Counted from the stretch's first letter, positions 8,575 to 15,957 are shown. The stretch is DNA of 64,000 nucleotides from an uncultured virus (IMG/VR IMGVR_UViG_3300037112_000094) (IMGVR_UViG_3300037112_000094:1-64000), one strand, 5' to 3'. Numbers and translations: made by a program. The notes: generated from the letters alone by a model not told the origin.

Positions 8575-8709
8575 GGGTTGTAGTCGATATGGTTTAGATT
8601 TTGCGGAGCCTTGCGGCTCGCGCCCCCCATATTGATGAAGCCGAATAAGGTGGTGGAGGGGGCCGGAGTTTCCCCCGGAACAAAGTCATGTATCCACTTC
8701 AGTCAACCC
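8575..8709 (-). ncRNA. Y-RNA-like module 7 (T arm, closed acceptor, D-like hairpin)
   Basis: GGGTTGACTG..GGATACATG ... CGACTACAACCC closing stem; internal CCCCCTCCACCA and GGGGGGC. Confidence 0.65.
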
Positions 8710-8714
8710 AAACT

Positions 8715-8824
8715 TGGCTGGGGGACTCGGTTACGAGCCGAGATTGGCTTGCGCCAAAAAGACATGTATCCGAATCAGTCAGCAGTATCGCTGTAGTCGT
8801 TCCGGAACCTCTTAGGTCCCCCAG
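8715..8824 (-). ncRNA. Y-RNA-like module 6 (tRNA-like ends, conserved stem inserted internally)
   Basis: CTGGGGGA/TCCCCCAG-CCA; internal CGACTACAGC-loop-GCTGACTG..TACATG. Confidence 0.65.
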
Positions 8825-8834
8825 TAAAACTTGA

Positions 8835-8961
8835 TGGTGGCGGGTGAAGGATTCGAACCTCCATACTGTTGTAACCAAATACAACCGTCTTTTCCATGTA
8901 TCCGACTCAGTCAGCGTCGCCGCTGTAGTCGACCCGGAAGTTAGCTTTTGACTAACCCGCC
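8835..8961 (-). ncRNA. Y-RNA-like module 5 (tRNA body, TGG loop, conserved stem inserted)
   Basis: GGCGGGT/ACCCGCC-ACCA; GGAGG-TTCGAAT-CCTTC; internal conserved stem. Confidence 0.7.
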
Positions 8962-8970
8962 ACAACTTAT

Positions 8971-9093
8971 TGGCCTGTAGTCGAAGTGCTACCCCTTGCG
9001 GGGTGGTACAGGTTGGATTTGAACCAACTACCGTCTGATTAAGAGTCAGATGCTCGACCAATTGAGCTTCATGTAAGCACTTCTGTCAGGCCA
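8971..9093 (-). ncRNA. Y-RNA-like module 4 enclosing Lys(CTT)-like D, anticodon and T arms
   Basis: TGGCCTGACAG..TACATG ... CGACTACAGGCCA; TCTGA-CTCTTAA-TCAGA; GTTGG-TTCAAAT-CCAAC. Confidence 0.7.
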
Positions 9094-9105
9094 AATTCAA
9101 AATCA

Positions 9106-9244
9106 TTGTGCTGTAGTCGATCTGCTATTTTACGCGCTCTACCGCTGAGCTAATCCCCCGTCAATTCTTTGATGGTGGAGGATGAAGGATTCGAACCTCC
9201 GACCTCGGTCTCCAAAGGACATGTAAGCAAGTCAGTCAGCACAA
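9106..9244 (-). ncRNA. Y-RNA-like module 3 (circularly permuted tRNA, YrlA-like order)
   Basis: conserved stem, T arm, ATCCTCCACCA, linker, GGGGGAT, D arm GCTCAGCGGTAGAGC, conserved stem. Confidence 0.75.
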
Positions 9245-9250
9245 ACTTTA

Positions 9251-9314
9251 TGGCTTGTAGTCGATCTGCATGGTGTTCCTGCTCTCAAAGCATGTATGCA
9301 AATCAGTCAAGCCA
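9251..9314 (-). ncRNA. Y-RNA-like module 2 (minimal)
   Basis: GGCTTGACTGATTTGCATACATG ... TGCAGATCGACTACAAGCC. Confidence 0.65.
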
Positions 9315-9325
9315 ATTTTTTTCTC

Positions 9326-9435
9326 CGCTGTAGTCGTCAGGCAACCCTTTCGGGACATCCGGGAATCGCACCCGGTTCGTTTCATCTCAATTGAAATGCC
9401 TCGCTTTGAGGCGCATGTAAGCCAAACAGTCAGCG
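9326..9435 (-). ncRNA. Y-RNA-like module 1
   Basis: CGCTGACTG..GCTTACATG ... CGACTACAGCG; T-arm-like CCGGG-TGCGATT-CCCGG. Confidence 0.65.
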
Positions 9436-9466
9436 AAAACTCAATCTCAAAAACGCAACGTCTCTA

Positions 9467-9495
9467 ACCTTACAACGGTTCCAAAAACGCGTCAA
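9467..9495 (-). promoter_or_regulatory. promoter of the Y-like RNA / HNH / Ro-like operon
   Basis: TTGACG-N17-TAAGGT. Confidence 0.7.
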
Positions 9496-9514
9496 GCAAA
9501 TTCTGCGCTTTTTA

Positions 9515-9591
9515 TGGAGGGCCTAGAGGGATTCGAACCCCCGTATAACAGATTCGTAGTCTGCCGCGTCATCCAACTACGCTATAGGCCC
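9515..9591 (-). tRNA. tRNA-Arg(ACG)
   Basis: GCAGA-CTACGAA-TCTGT; CCA. Confidence 0.9.
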
Positions 9592-9601
9592 TCATTCAAA
9601 A

Positions 9602-9678
9602 TGGTACGGGTGGAGGGATTTGAACCCCCGATCCCCTGCTCCCAAAGCAGGTGCGTTTCCAGACTTCGCTACACCCGT
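9602..9678 (-). tRNA. tRNA-Pro(TGG)
   Basis: CCTGC-TTTGGGA-GCAGG; CCA. Confidence 0.9.
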
Positions 9679-9691
9679 GTGACTTCCAAAA

Positions 9692-9768
9692 TGGTCGGGG
9701 AGATGGGATTCGAACCCATGACCTTCGGTACCCGAGACCGAAGCGCTACCTGACCGCGCCCCTCCCCG
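9692..9768 (-). tRNA. tRNA-Pro(CGG)
   Basis: TCGGT-CTCGGGT-ACCGA; CCA. Confidence 0.9.
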
Positions 9769-9769
9769 A

Positions 9770-9845
9770 TGGTGTCGACTCCCGGTGCTGCCCCGAGTTC
9801 TTCCGCTCTTCAGGCGGACGCTATGACTGCACTAGCTCAATCGAC
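9770..9845 (-). tRNA. tRNA-Phe(GAA), non-canonical T-loop
   Basis: TCCGC-CTGAAGA-GCGGA; T-loop GGCAGCA; CCA. Confidence 0.8.
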
Positions 9846-10080
9846 AAAACTCTTGCCAAACATCCTGCCGAAAGTTGCTCGGCCTGCGAATCATCTTCTT
9901 CGCGCGATATGCCTGCATCAGCTTCCGAGCGCGTCCACACCTCATGAGCATCCGCTGGAAAGGACTCTCAGCAAAGAAACAATCCGCGATCTTGCTTGCG
10001 AACTGCTTTCTCCTACGCAAATCTCCCTCATGTCTTCGCTGAGAAAAACCGCGCTCGGATCGCTTTATGAATTGACGCAT
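9832..10080 (-). CDS. small Arg-rich protein; stop lies inside tRNA-Phe
   Basis: AGGAG SD; 82 codons. Confidence 0.55.
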   Translation of the reverse strand: MRQFIKRSERGFSQRRHEGDLRRRKQFASKIADCFFAESPFQRMLMRCGRARKLMQAYRAKKMIRRPSNFRQDVWQEFCRLS

Positions 10081-10175
10081 ATTTCTCCTAAAAACTTAGC
10101 GGGCCTCTACCTTGCGACGTGCGACCCGTGACGCCTTCACCCTTACGTCGTTACAGGTGAGGCACCAGTCAAACT

Positions 10176-10251
10176 TGGTGGACCTAGTCGGCTCCGCCCC
10201 GACCGCCTCCGCATTGCAAGTGCGGCGCTCTCCTAAATGAGCTATAGGCCC
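10176..10251 (-). tRNA. tRNA-Ala(TGC), non-canonical T-loop
   Basis: CCGCA-CTTGCAA-TGCGG; G3:U70; T-loop GGCGGAG. Confidence 0.85.
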
Positions 10252-10260
10252 GTAAAACTT

Positions 10261-10339
10261 TGGGGCGGCGTATCGGATTCGAACCGATGTAATACGTGTG
10301 CCACAGACACGCGCAATAGACCGCTCTGCCAACACCGCC
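10261..10339 (-). tRNA. tRNA-His(GTG)
   Basis: CGTGT-CTGTGGC-ACACG; G-1:C73. Confidence 0.9.
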
Positions 10340-10422
10340 ATGAATCGCGCTACCGGGACACGTTATAGCTTGGTAGCACCCTCCCGCCCGTAAGCGGGAG
10401 ATTCCGCGTGTCCCAGTGAGCT

Positions 10423-10498
10423 TGGGGCCGAAGGGGATACTCGAAATCCCATCAGCGGTTCACAAAACCGCCGCTACTTCCTCTTGAGCTACTTCGGC
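10423..10498 (-). tRNA. tRNA-Thr(TGT)
   Basis: GCGGT-TTTGTGA-ACCGC; CCA. Confidence 0.85.
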
Positions 10499-11185
10499 AA
10501 ACTCTCTCGTCTTTCTTATCTTTCTTCTTCTTTCGCTCGCCTTCCTTTTGTTTCGATTACGAAACGTTGGAGTCAAAGCGTGGCAATTAGGACAGAGAAG
10601 TTGCAGGTTCTCATCTTTGTTATTCTCTGAATCCCCGTCCACATGGTGAAGTTCAAGCGGGATGGCTTTTCCCATCCACTGATCTAAACCGCATCCTTCG
10701 CATCTGTGTCCTCTTCTCCGAAGCACCAGACGCTTGACAGCCTTTGAATCGCTTACATCTTCAGTAGACTGAGCCATCTTGTAGATTTGGCTTTTGTTGC
10801 AGTCGTCGCAATACTTGTTCTGACCAGAACATGTGGAACCGCAGTACGCGCAAGCCTTTTCCCAATTCTCTCTTCTTTTTCGTCTGGCGATCTTCGCGCA
10901 TCTCACCGAGCACGATTTTGCTTTCAGATTCTTAACGAGAACAGGACCGCCGCAAATTACGCATCGACGCTCTTCTCTCTTACGTTGTATCTGATCCGAT
11001 TTGATTTTTGCTTTAGCATGAGCTTTCGCCAGCGCAACCACAGCATTCGCCCTGCTAATAGTCTTACGTTCCTCAACAGAAAGCAGCGGTACGTCAGGAA
11101 TTCGCGACTTCAACACCTTCTTGGATTTCCTGTTCCTGTAGTACCACCGCCTCCGAGCAGCTTTTCGCCTTTCTTCGTTTTTCAT
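10460..11185 (-). CDS. HNH endonuclease; stop lies in the anticodon loop of tRNA-Thr(TGT)
   Basis: CEGCG...LELHHVDGD..NN...LLCPNCH; TATACT 6 nt before ATG. Confidence 0.85.
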   Translation of the reverse strand: MKNEERRKAARRRWYYRNRKSKKVLKSRIPDVPLLSVEERKTISRANAVVALAKAHAKAKIKSDQIQRKREERRCVICGGPVLVKNLKAKSCSVRCAKIARRKRRENWEKACAYCGSTCSGQNKYCDDCNKSQIYKMAQSTEDVSDSKAVKRLVLRRRGHRCEGCGLDQWMGKAIPLELHHVDGDSENNKDENLQLLCPNCHALTPTFRNRNKRKASERRRKIRKTREFAEVAQEEVAAVL

Positions 11186-11229
11186 CTCCCGAGTATAGCA
11201 AAATTTGGAGACGATAACGAACATTTATG

Positions 11230-11952
11230 TTAGTTAACAAACTGGTATCTTGTGTCACCCGTGTTAAGCAAAGCACAAGTCGCAAGTCTCTTGGCTATGG
11301 ACTCCGGAGTTTTCCTCTTTCCACGCATACTCGCGGAAATCTTCGCCTTGTGCTCATCCGACATCGGCCTGCGTTTCCGGTAGCCGACTTTTACCCCCTT
11401 GTGCGACGCTGACATCTTCGCTCTCGATTCCTCTGCAACAGGGTGTCCTTTCAAGGTGGCCGAGATTCTGGCCCTCAACTCTGGCGAGCGCGTTACCGGT
11501 CCTCTATTTCTAGCAGCCTCGGCCATTCTCGCTCTTCCTTCTTCCGATACTTTGTGCCCCTTGGCATAAGAGTTTCCCTTATGGACATCTGAAAGTGTCG
11601 AGCTTCCCTTTTCTGTAAGAATCCTGATTCCGTCTCTGTTGAATCCGCTGTACCCTCCTGCCGTCCTGTTATAGCCGCGACCGCTTGTGATGTAGGTTTT
11701 GTAGAATTTGATGAAGTGCTTTTCGAGATCGTCGAGCAAAAGTGGATCACACGAGGCGACTTCGATAACTGTGAAGTTTTCAACTCCCCACTTTCTCATC
11801 GCCCTATGTATGGGCAGATTGCTTCCGCGCTTGACCTCGTATTTGTGCTGGTTGAACCTTATCCACACAGTTTGTTTCGTGGTCTGGCCGACGTACCCCT
11901 TGCCGTTCGCGAGATTACGAATTAAGTAAATTTTGCCGACGAGTTTGCGCAT
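11230..11952 (-). CDS. GIY-YIG homing endonuclease with NUMOD3-like repeats
   Basis: KIYLIRN..NGKGYVGQT...GYN; repeated SEExRAxMS. Confidence 0.9.
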   Translation of the reverse strand: MRKLVGKIYLIRNLANGKGYVGQTTKQTVWIRFNQHKYEVKRGSNLPIHRAMRKWGVENFTVIEVASCDPLLLDDLEKHFIKFYKTYITSGRGYNRTAGGYSGFNRDGIRILTEKGSSTLSDVHKGNSYAKGHKVSEEGRARMAEAARNRGPVTRSPELRARISATLKGHPVAEESRAKMSASHKGVKVGYRKRRPMSDEHKAKISASMRGKRKTPESIAKRLATCALLNTGDTRYQFVN

Positions 11953-11955
11953 CTT

Positions 11956-12501
11956 TTACCTAAATTGTAACCTCGTTTCGCCTTCGGAATCAGAAAAAAG
12001 GAACTTTCCCCATTCCTCAACTTCTCTGCCAAGCTGTTTCAAAATGAAGCGGCTTGTAAAGATATTCGCGGGCAGCGGCCTATGGATCAACTTCATTCCA
12101 GCCTCTTCCGGCGTCCGGTTGTTCTTACGTCTATTGCACGGGGAACAGGCAGCAACAAGGTTGTCCCATGACTGCTTACCACCTCTGCTTCTCGGGATCA
12201 CGTGCTCCAGTTCAAGCTCTGCCCCGTTGTTCTTCTTCGCGCCGCAGTACATGCACCTGAAACCGTCGCGAATGAAAATGTTCTTCCTCGAAACCTGCTG
12301 CATCCGGTGCGGGACGTTCCTGTAGTGCCGCAAACGGATGACGGAAGGAAGGTAGATTCCCTTGTGGACTTGGATGCTGGTTGGCACCTCCACCACGGCA
12401 ACGCCCTTGGTTATGAGCGTGAGCGCCTTTCGCGCGCTGACGATTCTCAGCGGCTCATACGACGCGTTAAGTTGTAGTACCGCTCTCCGTATGAGTGCCA
12501 T
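11956..12501 (-). CDS. HNH endonuclease (McrA-like)
   Basis: VLQLNASYEPL...RDGFRCMYCG...EHVIPRSRGG..WDNLVAACSPCNRRK. Confidence 0.9.
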   Translation of the reverse strand: MALIRRAVLQLNASYEPLRIVSARKALTLITKGVAVVEVPTSIQVHKGIYLPSVIRLRHYRNVPHRMQQVSRKNIFIRDGFRCMYCGAKKNNGAELELEHVIPRSRGGKQSWDNLVAACSPCNRRKNNRTPEEAGMKLIHRPLPANIFTSRFILKQLGREVEEWGKFLFSDSEGETRLQFR

Positions 12502-12516
12502 GGAATCCCCTTTCTT

Positions 12517-12672
12517 CTACCTCTCGTCAATCTGTGGAGCACCGTCCCGGAATCGAACCGGGGCTTCGACGTTACGAGGGTCGTGTTGTGCCGACTCAAC
12601 TAACGGTGCTCGAAATCCTTTCGCCAACCGTGCGAAAACATGCTGCATGTCGGCGTTCAAATCGATCTTCAT
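12517..12672 (-). CDS. small ORF reading through tRNA-Thr(CGT)
   Basis: GGAGG SD then MKIDLNADMQH...; no stop before the tRNA. Confidence 0.4.
   Translation of the reverse strand: MKIDLNADMQHVFARLAKGFRAPLVESAQHDPRNVEAPVRFRDGAPQIDER
12535..12609 (-). tRNA. tRNA-Thr(CGT)
   Basis: CGACC-CTCGTAA-CGTCG; CCA. Confidence 0.85.
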
Positions 12673-12688
12673 TCTTCTTCCTCCAAAG

Positions 12689-12762
12689 TGGAGCGGGGTA
12701 TCGGGTTCGAACCGATGCGCAAAGTGTGGCACACTTCGATGCTACCGCTACATCAACCCCGC
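12689..12762 (-). tRNA. tRNA-Gly(GCC)
   Basis: GAAGT-GTGCCAC-ACTTT; GCG acceptor, U73. Confidence 0.85.
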
Positions 12763-12763
12763 G

Positions 12764-12837
12764 TGGCACCCGGTGGGAGAATCGAACTCCCGTGTTGGGT
12801 TCCAAAGGCCCACGTCCTGCCACTGAACGAACCGGGA
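12764..12837 (-). tRNA. tRNA-Gln(TTG)
   Basis: TGGGC-CTTTGGA-ACCCA; GCCA end. Confidence 0.85.
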
Positions 12838-12849
12838 ACAACTCAAACT

Positions 12850-12925
12850 TGGCTGGCTCTCCGGGACTCGAACCCAGATCATTCGCTCCAGAGGCGAAGG
12901 TCCTCAACCATTGAACGAAGAGCCA
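12850..12925 (-). tRNA. tRNA-Gln(CTG)
   Basis: TTCGC-CTCTGGA-GCGAA; U1-A72. Confidence 0.9.
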
Positions 12926-12935
12926 ACTTCTAAAC

Positions 12936-13010
12936 TGGCTCAAGGGGTGGGAGTCGGACCCACAACGACACGGTTAACAGCCGTGGGCTCTACCATTGAG
13001 CTACCCTTGA
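12936..13010 (-). tRNA. tRNA-Asn(GTT)
   Basis: CACGG-CTGTTAA-CCGTG; U1-A72, G73. Confidence 0.9.
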
Positions 13011-13020
13011 ACATCCCCAC

Positions 13021-13059
13021 AAACGAGAACCCCCAGTTCCTTTCGGTTCTGGGGGTCTC
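13021..13059 (-). terminator. attenuator terminator upstream of tRNA operon 2
   Basis: GAGACCCCCAGAACC-GAAA-GGAACTGGGGGTTCTC-GTTT; U-tract is weak. Confidence 0.75.
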
Positions 13060-13101
13060 AAGTTTTTCCATCTGTGTTAGGAAAAAATCTGTCTGAGACC
13101 C

Positions 13102-13173
13102 CTAGTCCGCACCGCCGCTATTACCGGCTGGTTGCGTCGGCTGTGTCGCTGCGTTATGGAATCGGGTTCTCAC
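13102..13173 (-). CDS. leader peptide 2, MRTRFHNAATQPTQPAGNSGGAD
   Basis: GTG 7 nt after the -10 box; has a codon for all 12 downstream tRNAs. Confidence 0.88.
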   Translation of the reverse strand: MRTRFHNAATQPTQPAGNSGGAD

Positions 13174-13180
13174 GTTTTCC

Positions 13181-13209
13181 ACGATATAATCAATCAGGAA
13201 AACTGTCAA
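13181..13209 (-). promoter_or_regulatory. promoter of tRNA operon 2
   Basis: TTGACA-N17-TATCGT. Confidence 0.8.
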
Positions 13210-13225
13210 GAGGTTTTTGAAAAAA

Positions 13226-13930
13226 ATGGCCCGCGTTCACCTACTCGTCAAAGCAGCGGTTGAGCGTGGAAGCATTACAATCGCGCTCTTATGCGAAGAA
13301 TGTGGGGCACAGCGACGGCTTGTCGCCCACCACGACGATTATGCAAGACCACTAGATGTGCGTTGGCTTTGCTTATTTTGTCACAGCAAGTGGCACGTTG
13401 ATAATGGGCCGGGATTAAACAGAGAGTTGGCAGGATTCTACGATCTTGGGGCCTCCATACCACCCAAACCTGCCGATCCGCGCAGAGAGGAAATGAAAGT
13501 CCTCCGTAGGGATGGTTGGACACTGCAAAAAATTGGGAATAAATACGGTTTTACAAGAGAATATGTGCGCCAGATTGTCGGTTCATCTTCCGCTCGTCAA
13601 TCTAATTCAGAGAAGATTCGAGCCAACATCCTTGAAATAGAATCGCTGCGAAATGACGGGAAAACGGTGAGGCAAATAGCCGGATTGCTTGGCTTCTCTT
13701 GTGATGCTCTCTCGCGGGCATCCTTGCCTCCACGAGTAAAACCAAAGCCAATACATGGTGTCACCACGACCTATACCTATCACAGATGTAGATGCGATCT
13801 CTGTCGCGAAGCTAACGCCAAACGAACAAGCGAGCGAACTCGCGCCATTCGGATGAAAGGGCTGTGTGTCGCCTGCAAAAGCCCATCAACCACATGGCAT
13901 TGCGATGAATGTAATCTAAAGTACCTTTAA
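13226..13930 (+). CDS. zinc-binding / HTH DNA-binding protein with HNH-like N-terminus
   Basis: CEECG..HHDDY..PLDVRWLC..CH; TLQKIGNKYGFTREYVRQI; CRCDLC. Confidence 0.65.
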   Translation: MARVHLLVKAAVERGSITIALLCEECGAQRRLVAHHDDYARPLDVRWLCLFCHSKWHVDNGPGLNRELAGFYDLGASIPPKPADPRREEMKVLRRDGWTLQKIGNKYGFTREYVRQIVGSSSARQSNSEKIRANILEIESLRNDGKTVRQIAGLLGFSCDALSRASLPPRVKPKPIHGVTTTYTYHRCRCDLCREANAKRTSERTRAIRMKGLCVACKSPSTTWHCDECNLKYL

Positions 13931-13946
13931 TCACTTCATCGGTTTA

Positions 13947-14180
13947 TCACTTTTTTGGGATGCGCTTGCGGGCCACGGCCTTCTGCTCGCCGGGGCGCGG
14001 CGGCTGTTGCTTGCCGTAGTAGTACCACGAGGTCGCGAGGGGGGGCTTGCCCCTGCTGGTTTTCATGGTGGAGGATTTTCCGGGAACCGGAAGCTTATTG
14101 ATGAAATCCTCAGCGCCCTGCAACTTGTCAGACCAGCCCTTGACAAGGTCGATGATCGGCTGAAAGGCGGTACTTGCCAT
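13947..14180 (-). CDS. small hypothetical protein, leaderless
   Basis: TTGACT-N17-TACCGT-N6-ATG. Confidence 0.55.
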   Translation of the reverse strand: MASTAFQPIIDLVKGWSDKLQGAEDFINKLPVPGKSSTMKTSRGKPPLATSWYYYGKQQPPRPGEQKAVARKRIPKK

Positions 14181-14276
14181 ACCAGAACGGTAGCGCCTCG
14201 CGGGCCGGTAGTCAATAAATTCTTCATCTGCGGTGTCCTTCTTGACAAATACGCAAATCCGCGTATTCTCGAATTT

Positions 14277-14597
14277 ATGCACACGGTGACGAACATCGAT
14301 GGCCTCCTCGAAATCATGAAGACGCTTCAGGGCGAGAAAAGCCAGAAGGACTTTGCCCAGACATTGGGCGTGTCGCCGTCCTACCTCAATGACGTTTACA
14401 ATCGCCGCCGTGAACCGGGCAGGAGTATCACTGAATCTCTCGGGGTCAGCGCGACTATGACGTACACGGTCCCAGAAAACATTTCAACCACAGCCGCGAC
14501 GATCTCGCGAGGAGAAATCCATGGCCAAGTCCACAAAGAAAACCAAAAAAGAATCAAAGCCAAAGGGCAAAGAAAATCGCGGAAGCGTTCTGATTAA
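14277..14597 (+). CDS. XRE-family HTH regulator, leaderless
   Basis: SQKDFAQTLGVSPSYLNDVYNRRREPG; TTGACA-N16-TATTCT-N7-ATG. Confidence 0.8.
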   Translation: MHTVTNIDGLLEIMKTLQGEKSQKDFAQTLGVSPSYLNDVYNRRREPGRSITESLGVSATMTYTVPENISTTAATISRGEIHGQVHKENQKRIKAKGQRKSRKRSD

Positions 14598-14832
14598 CTT
14601 TGTTCTCGACAAATCTGGCTCAATGGGAAGTTGTGTCGACGACACCATCGGCGGCTTCAACACCTACATCAAGAAGCTCCGGGAAGACAAAAAGTCCACC
14701 TACAAGTTCAGCCTGACGTTGTTCGACACGCGGTTCGAAGAACGGTTCGTCTCGGTTGACCTTAAAGACGTTCCCGACCTCAACACAAAGAACTACGTTC
14801 CGGGCGGCGGAGGATTCACACCTCCTGCATAG
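14521..14832 (+). pseudogene. vWA-domain protein, C-terminally truncated
   Basis: FVLDKSGSM...TIGGFN...LTLFD...YVPGGG then stop; later MIDAS residues missing. Confidence 0.65.
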
Positions 14833-15268
14833 TCGAGCTATCCGCCCGTTGGTACGCGCCCAAGGATTCGAACCTCGGACCTCCGTCAGACTGCAACGGC
14901 GCTCTGACCACTGAGCTAGGCGCGTATGTCAAATTGTTTTCGTTCCAAAGCTTGTAGTTCTGGAGCACCGCGCGCTGATCCTCGTCGAGAGGAATCGTCG
15001 CGACCGCAGTGAGTCCCAGATCGTCATCGCTCTCGTGGAACTCCGAGAACTCGATGCGATTCAGCTTGAGCTTCTGGATTACCTTGTGAAGCGCTTTTTT
15101 GTCGGGAACGCCTATGAGCACGATGGAAGGCGTAGAAGGATCGGCGCTCTGGGTGAGCGTGTAAGCCATATCAAATGTCGCGTGGTTCGTCTGCACGATC
15201 TGTGCAGCGATGGGGAGGTCTTGCCGAACGAAGAGGTAAAAGTACGTCTTGGAATCGATCTACGTCAT
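14816..15268 (-). CDS. Pth2-like peptidyl-tRNA hydrolase with in-frame TAG at codon 3
   Basis: ATG ACG TAG then YLFVRQDL..AQIVQTNHA...TAVAT.PL...YKLW in the same frame. Confidence 0.65.
14850..14925 (-). tRNA. tRNA-like gene with aberrant anticodon loop GCAGTCT; identity undetermined
   Basis: clean acceptor, D and T arms and ACCA; loop lacks Y32, U33 and R37. Confidence 0.7.
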
Positions 15269-15275
15269 ATTCAGC

Positions 15276-15304
15276 ATAGTGAAGGAAAGCGCAGAATTTG
15301 TCAA
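15276..15304 (-). promoter_or_regulatory. promoter of the Pth2-like gene
   Basis: TTGACA-N17-CACTAT-N7-ATG. Confidence 0.65.
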
Positions 15305-15310
15305 GAGGTT

Positions 15311-15868
15311 TTACAGATTATTTTTTCCCTTTCGATATCTGCCGAACCCATCCCAGTCTCCAAAAGCCCCAGATTCTCGGATTTTTCTCACCTGTGGAAC
15401 CAGCATCATCCATGCCGCATAGGGCATATCTCTCCGGAGATAATTACAGCGCCCACAGCACGCTACGACGTTATTCTGAGAGTGGCCCAACGCATTGTCG
15501 ATGCGATCTAAGCCGACGCGTATTCTTATCTCCCCACAATAAGAGCAACCATCTTTTATGGATTCTTTCACGAACTCAATCGTGAGGTCACAAACAAATC
15601 CTTTTTTCTTATCTGATCGCCGACAGTCAACGACTATCACACGCGGTATCTGCTCTCGATCTGTTCTTTCGCGCCTTTGGCGAATCATCGCTGACAACCT
15701 TATCGTTTCTGTTCTTCCACGCGACCGCCGCCAAATTTGTTTACGTTTAGTATCACAGCTTCGACAAATATATTTCGGATACTGTCTCCCGCCTACGAGG
15801 CGCAGCGCAAATGTGACCTCTGGCTCAGACTTACCACATTTGTTGCAAATTGAGGAGTCACCGTTCAT
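15311..15868 (-). CDS. HNH-like endonuclease
   Basis: CSYCG...GLDRIDNALGHSQNNVVACCGRCN. Confidence 0.8.
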   Translation of the reverse strand: MNGDSSICNKCGKSEPEVTFALRLVGGRQYPKYICRSCDTKRKQIWRRSRGRTETIRLSAMIRQRRERTDREQIPRVIVVDCRRSDKKKGFVCDLTIEFVKESIKDGCSYCGEIRIRVGLDRIDNALGHSQNNVVACCGRCNYLRRDMPYAAWMMLVPQVRKIRESGAFGDWDGFGRYRKGKNNL

Positions 15869-15871
15869 ATA

Positions 15872-15951
15872 TGGTGGGGCAGACGGGATTCGAACCCGCG
15901 AACTCCTGAGTGAAAGTCAGGTGAAAGATTCCAGACACCTTCTACTACCCC
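15872..15951 (-). tRNA. tRNA-Glu(TTC)
   Basis: CCTGA-CTTTCAC-TCAGG; CCA. Confidence 0.85.
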
Positions 15952-15957
15952 ACAGCT

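Noticed and set aside
9004..9075. Ordinary second tRNA-Lys(CTT)
   Set aside because: The acceptor stem is incomplete and embedded in the conserved module stem; treated as module 4.
8575..9435. CRISPR array suggested by recurring CTGTAGTCG and CAGTCAGC
   Set aside because: Motifs are short, pair with each other, switch order, have uneven spacing and enclose tRNA arms; no cas operon is present.
12640..12672. PxpA/LamB homologue suggested by MKIDLNAD
   Set aside because: Similarity stops after eight residues and the ORF is only 51 aa.
15260..15262. Genome-wide TAG reassignment
   Set aside because: Several genes end cleanly at TAG next to the following start, long ORFs are not broken by TAG, and no CTA tRNA is seen.
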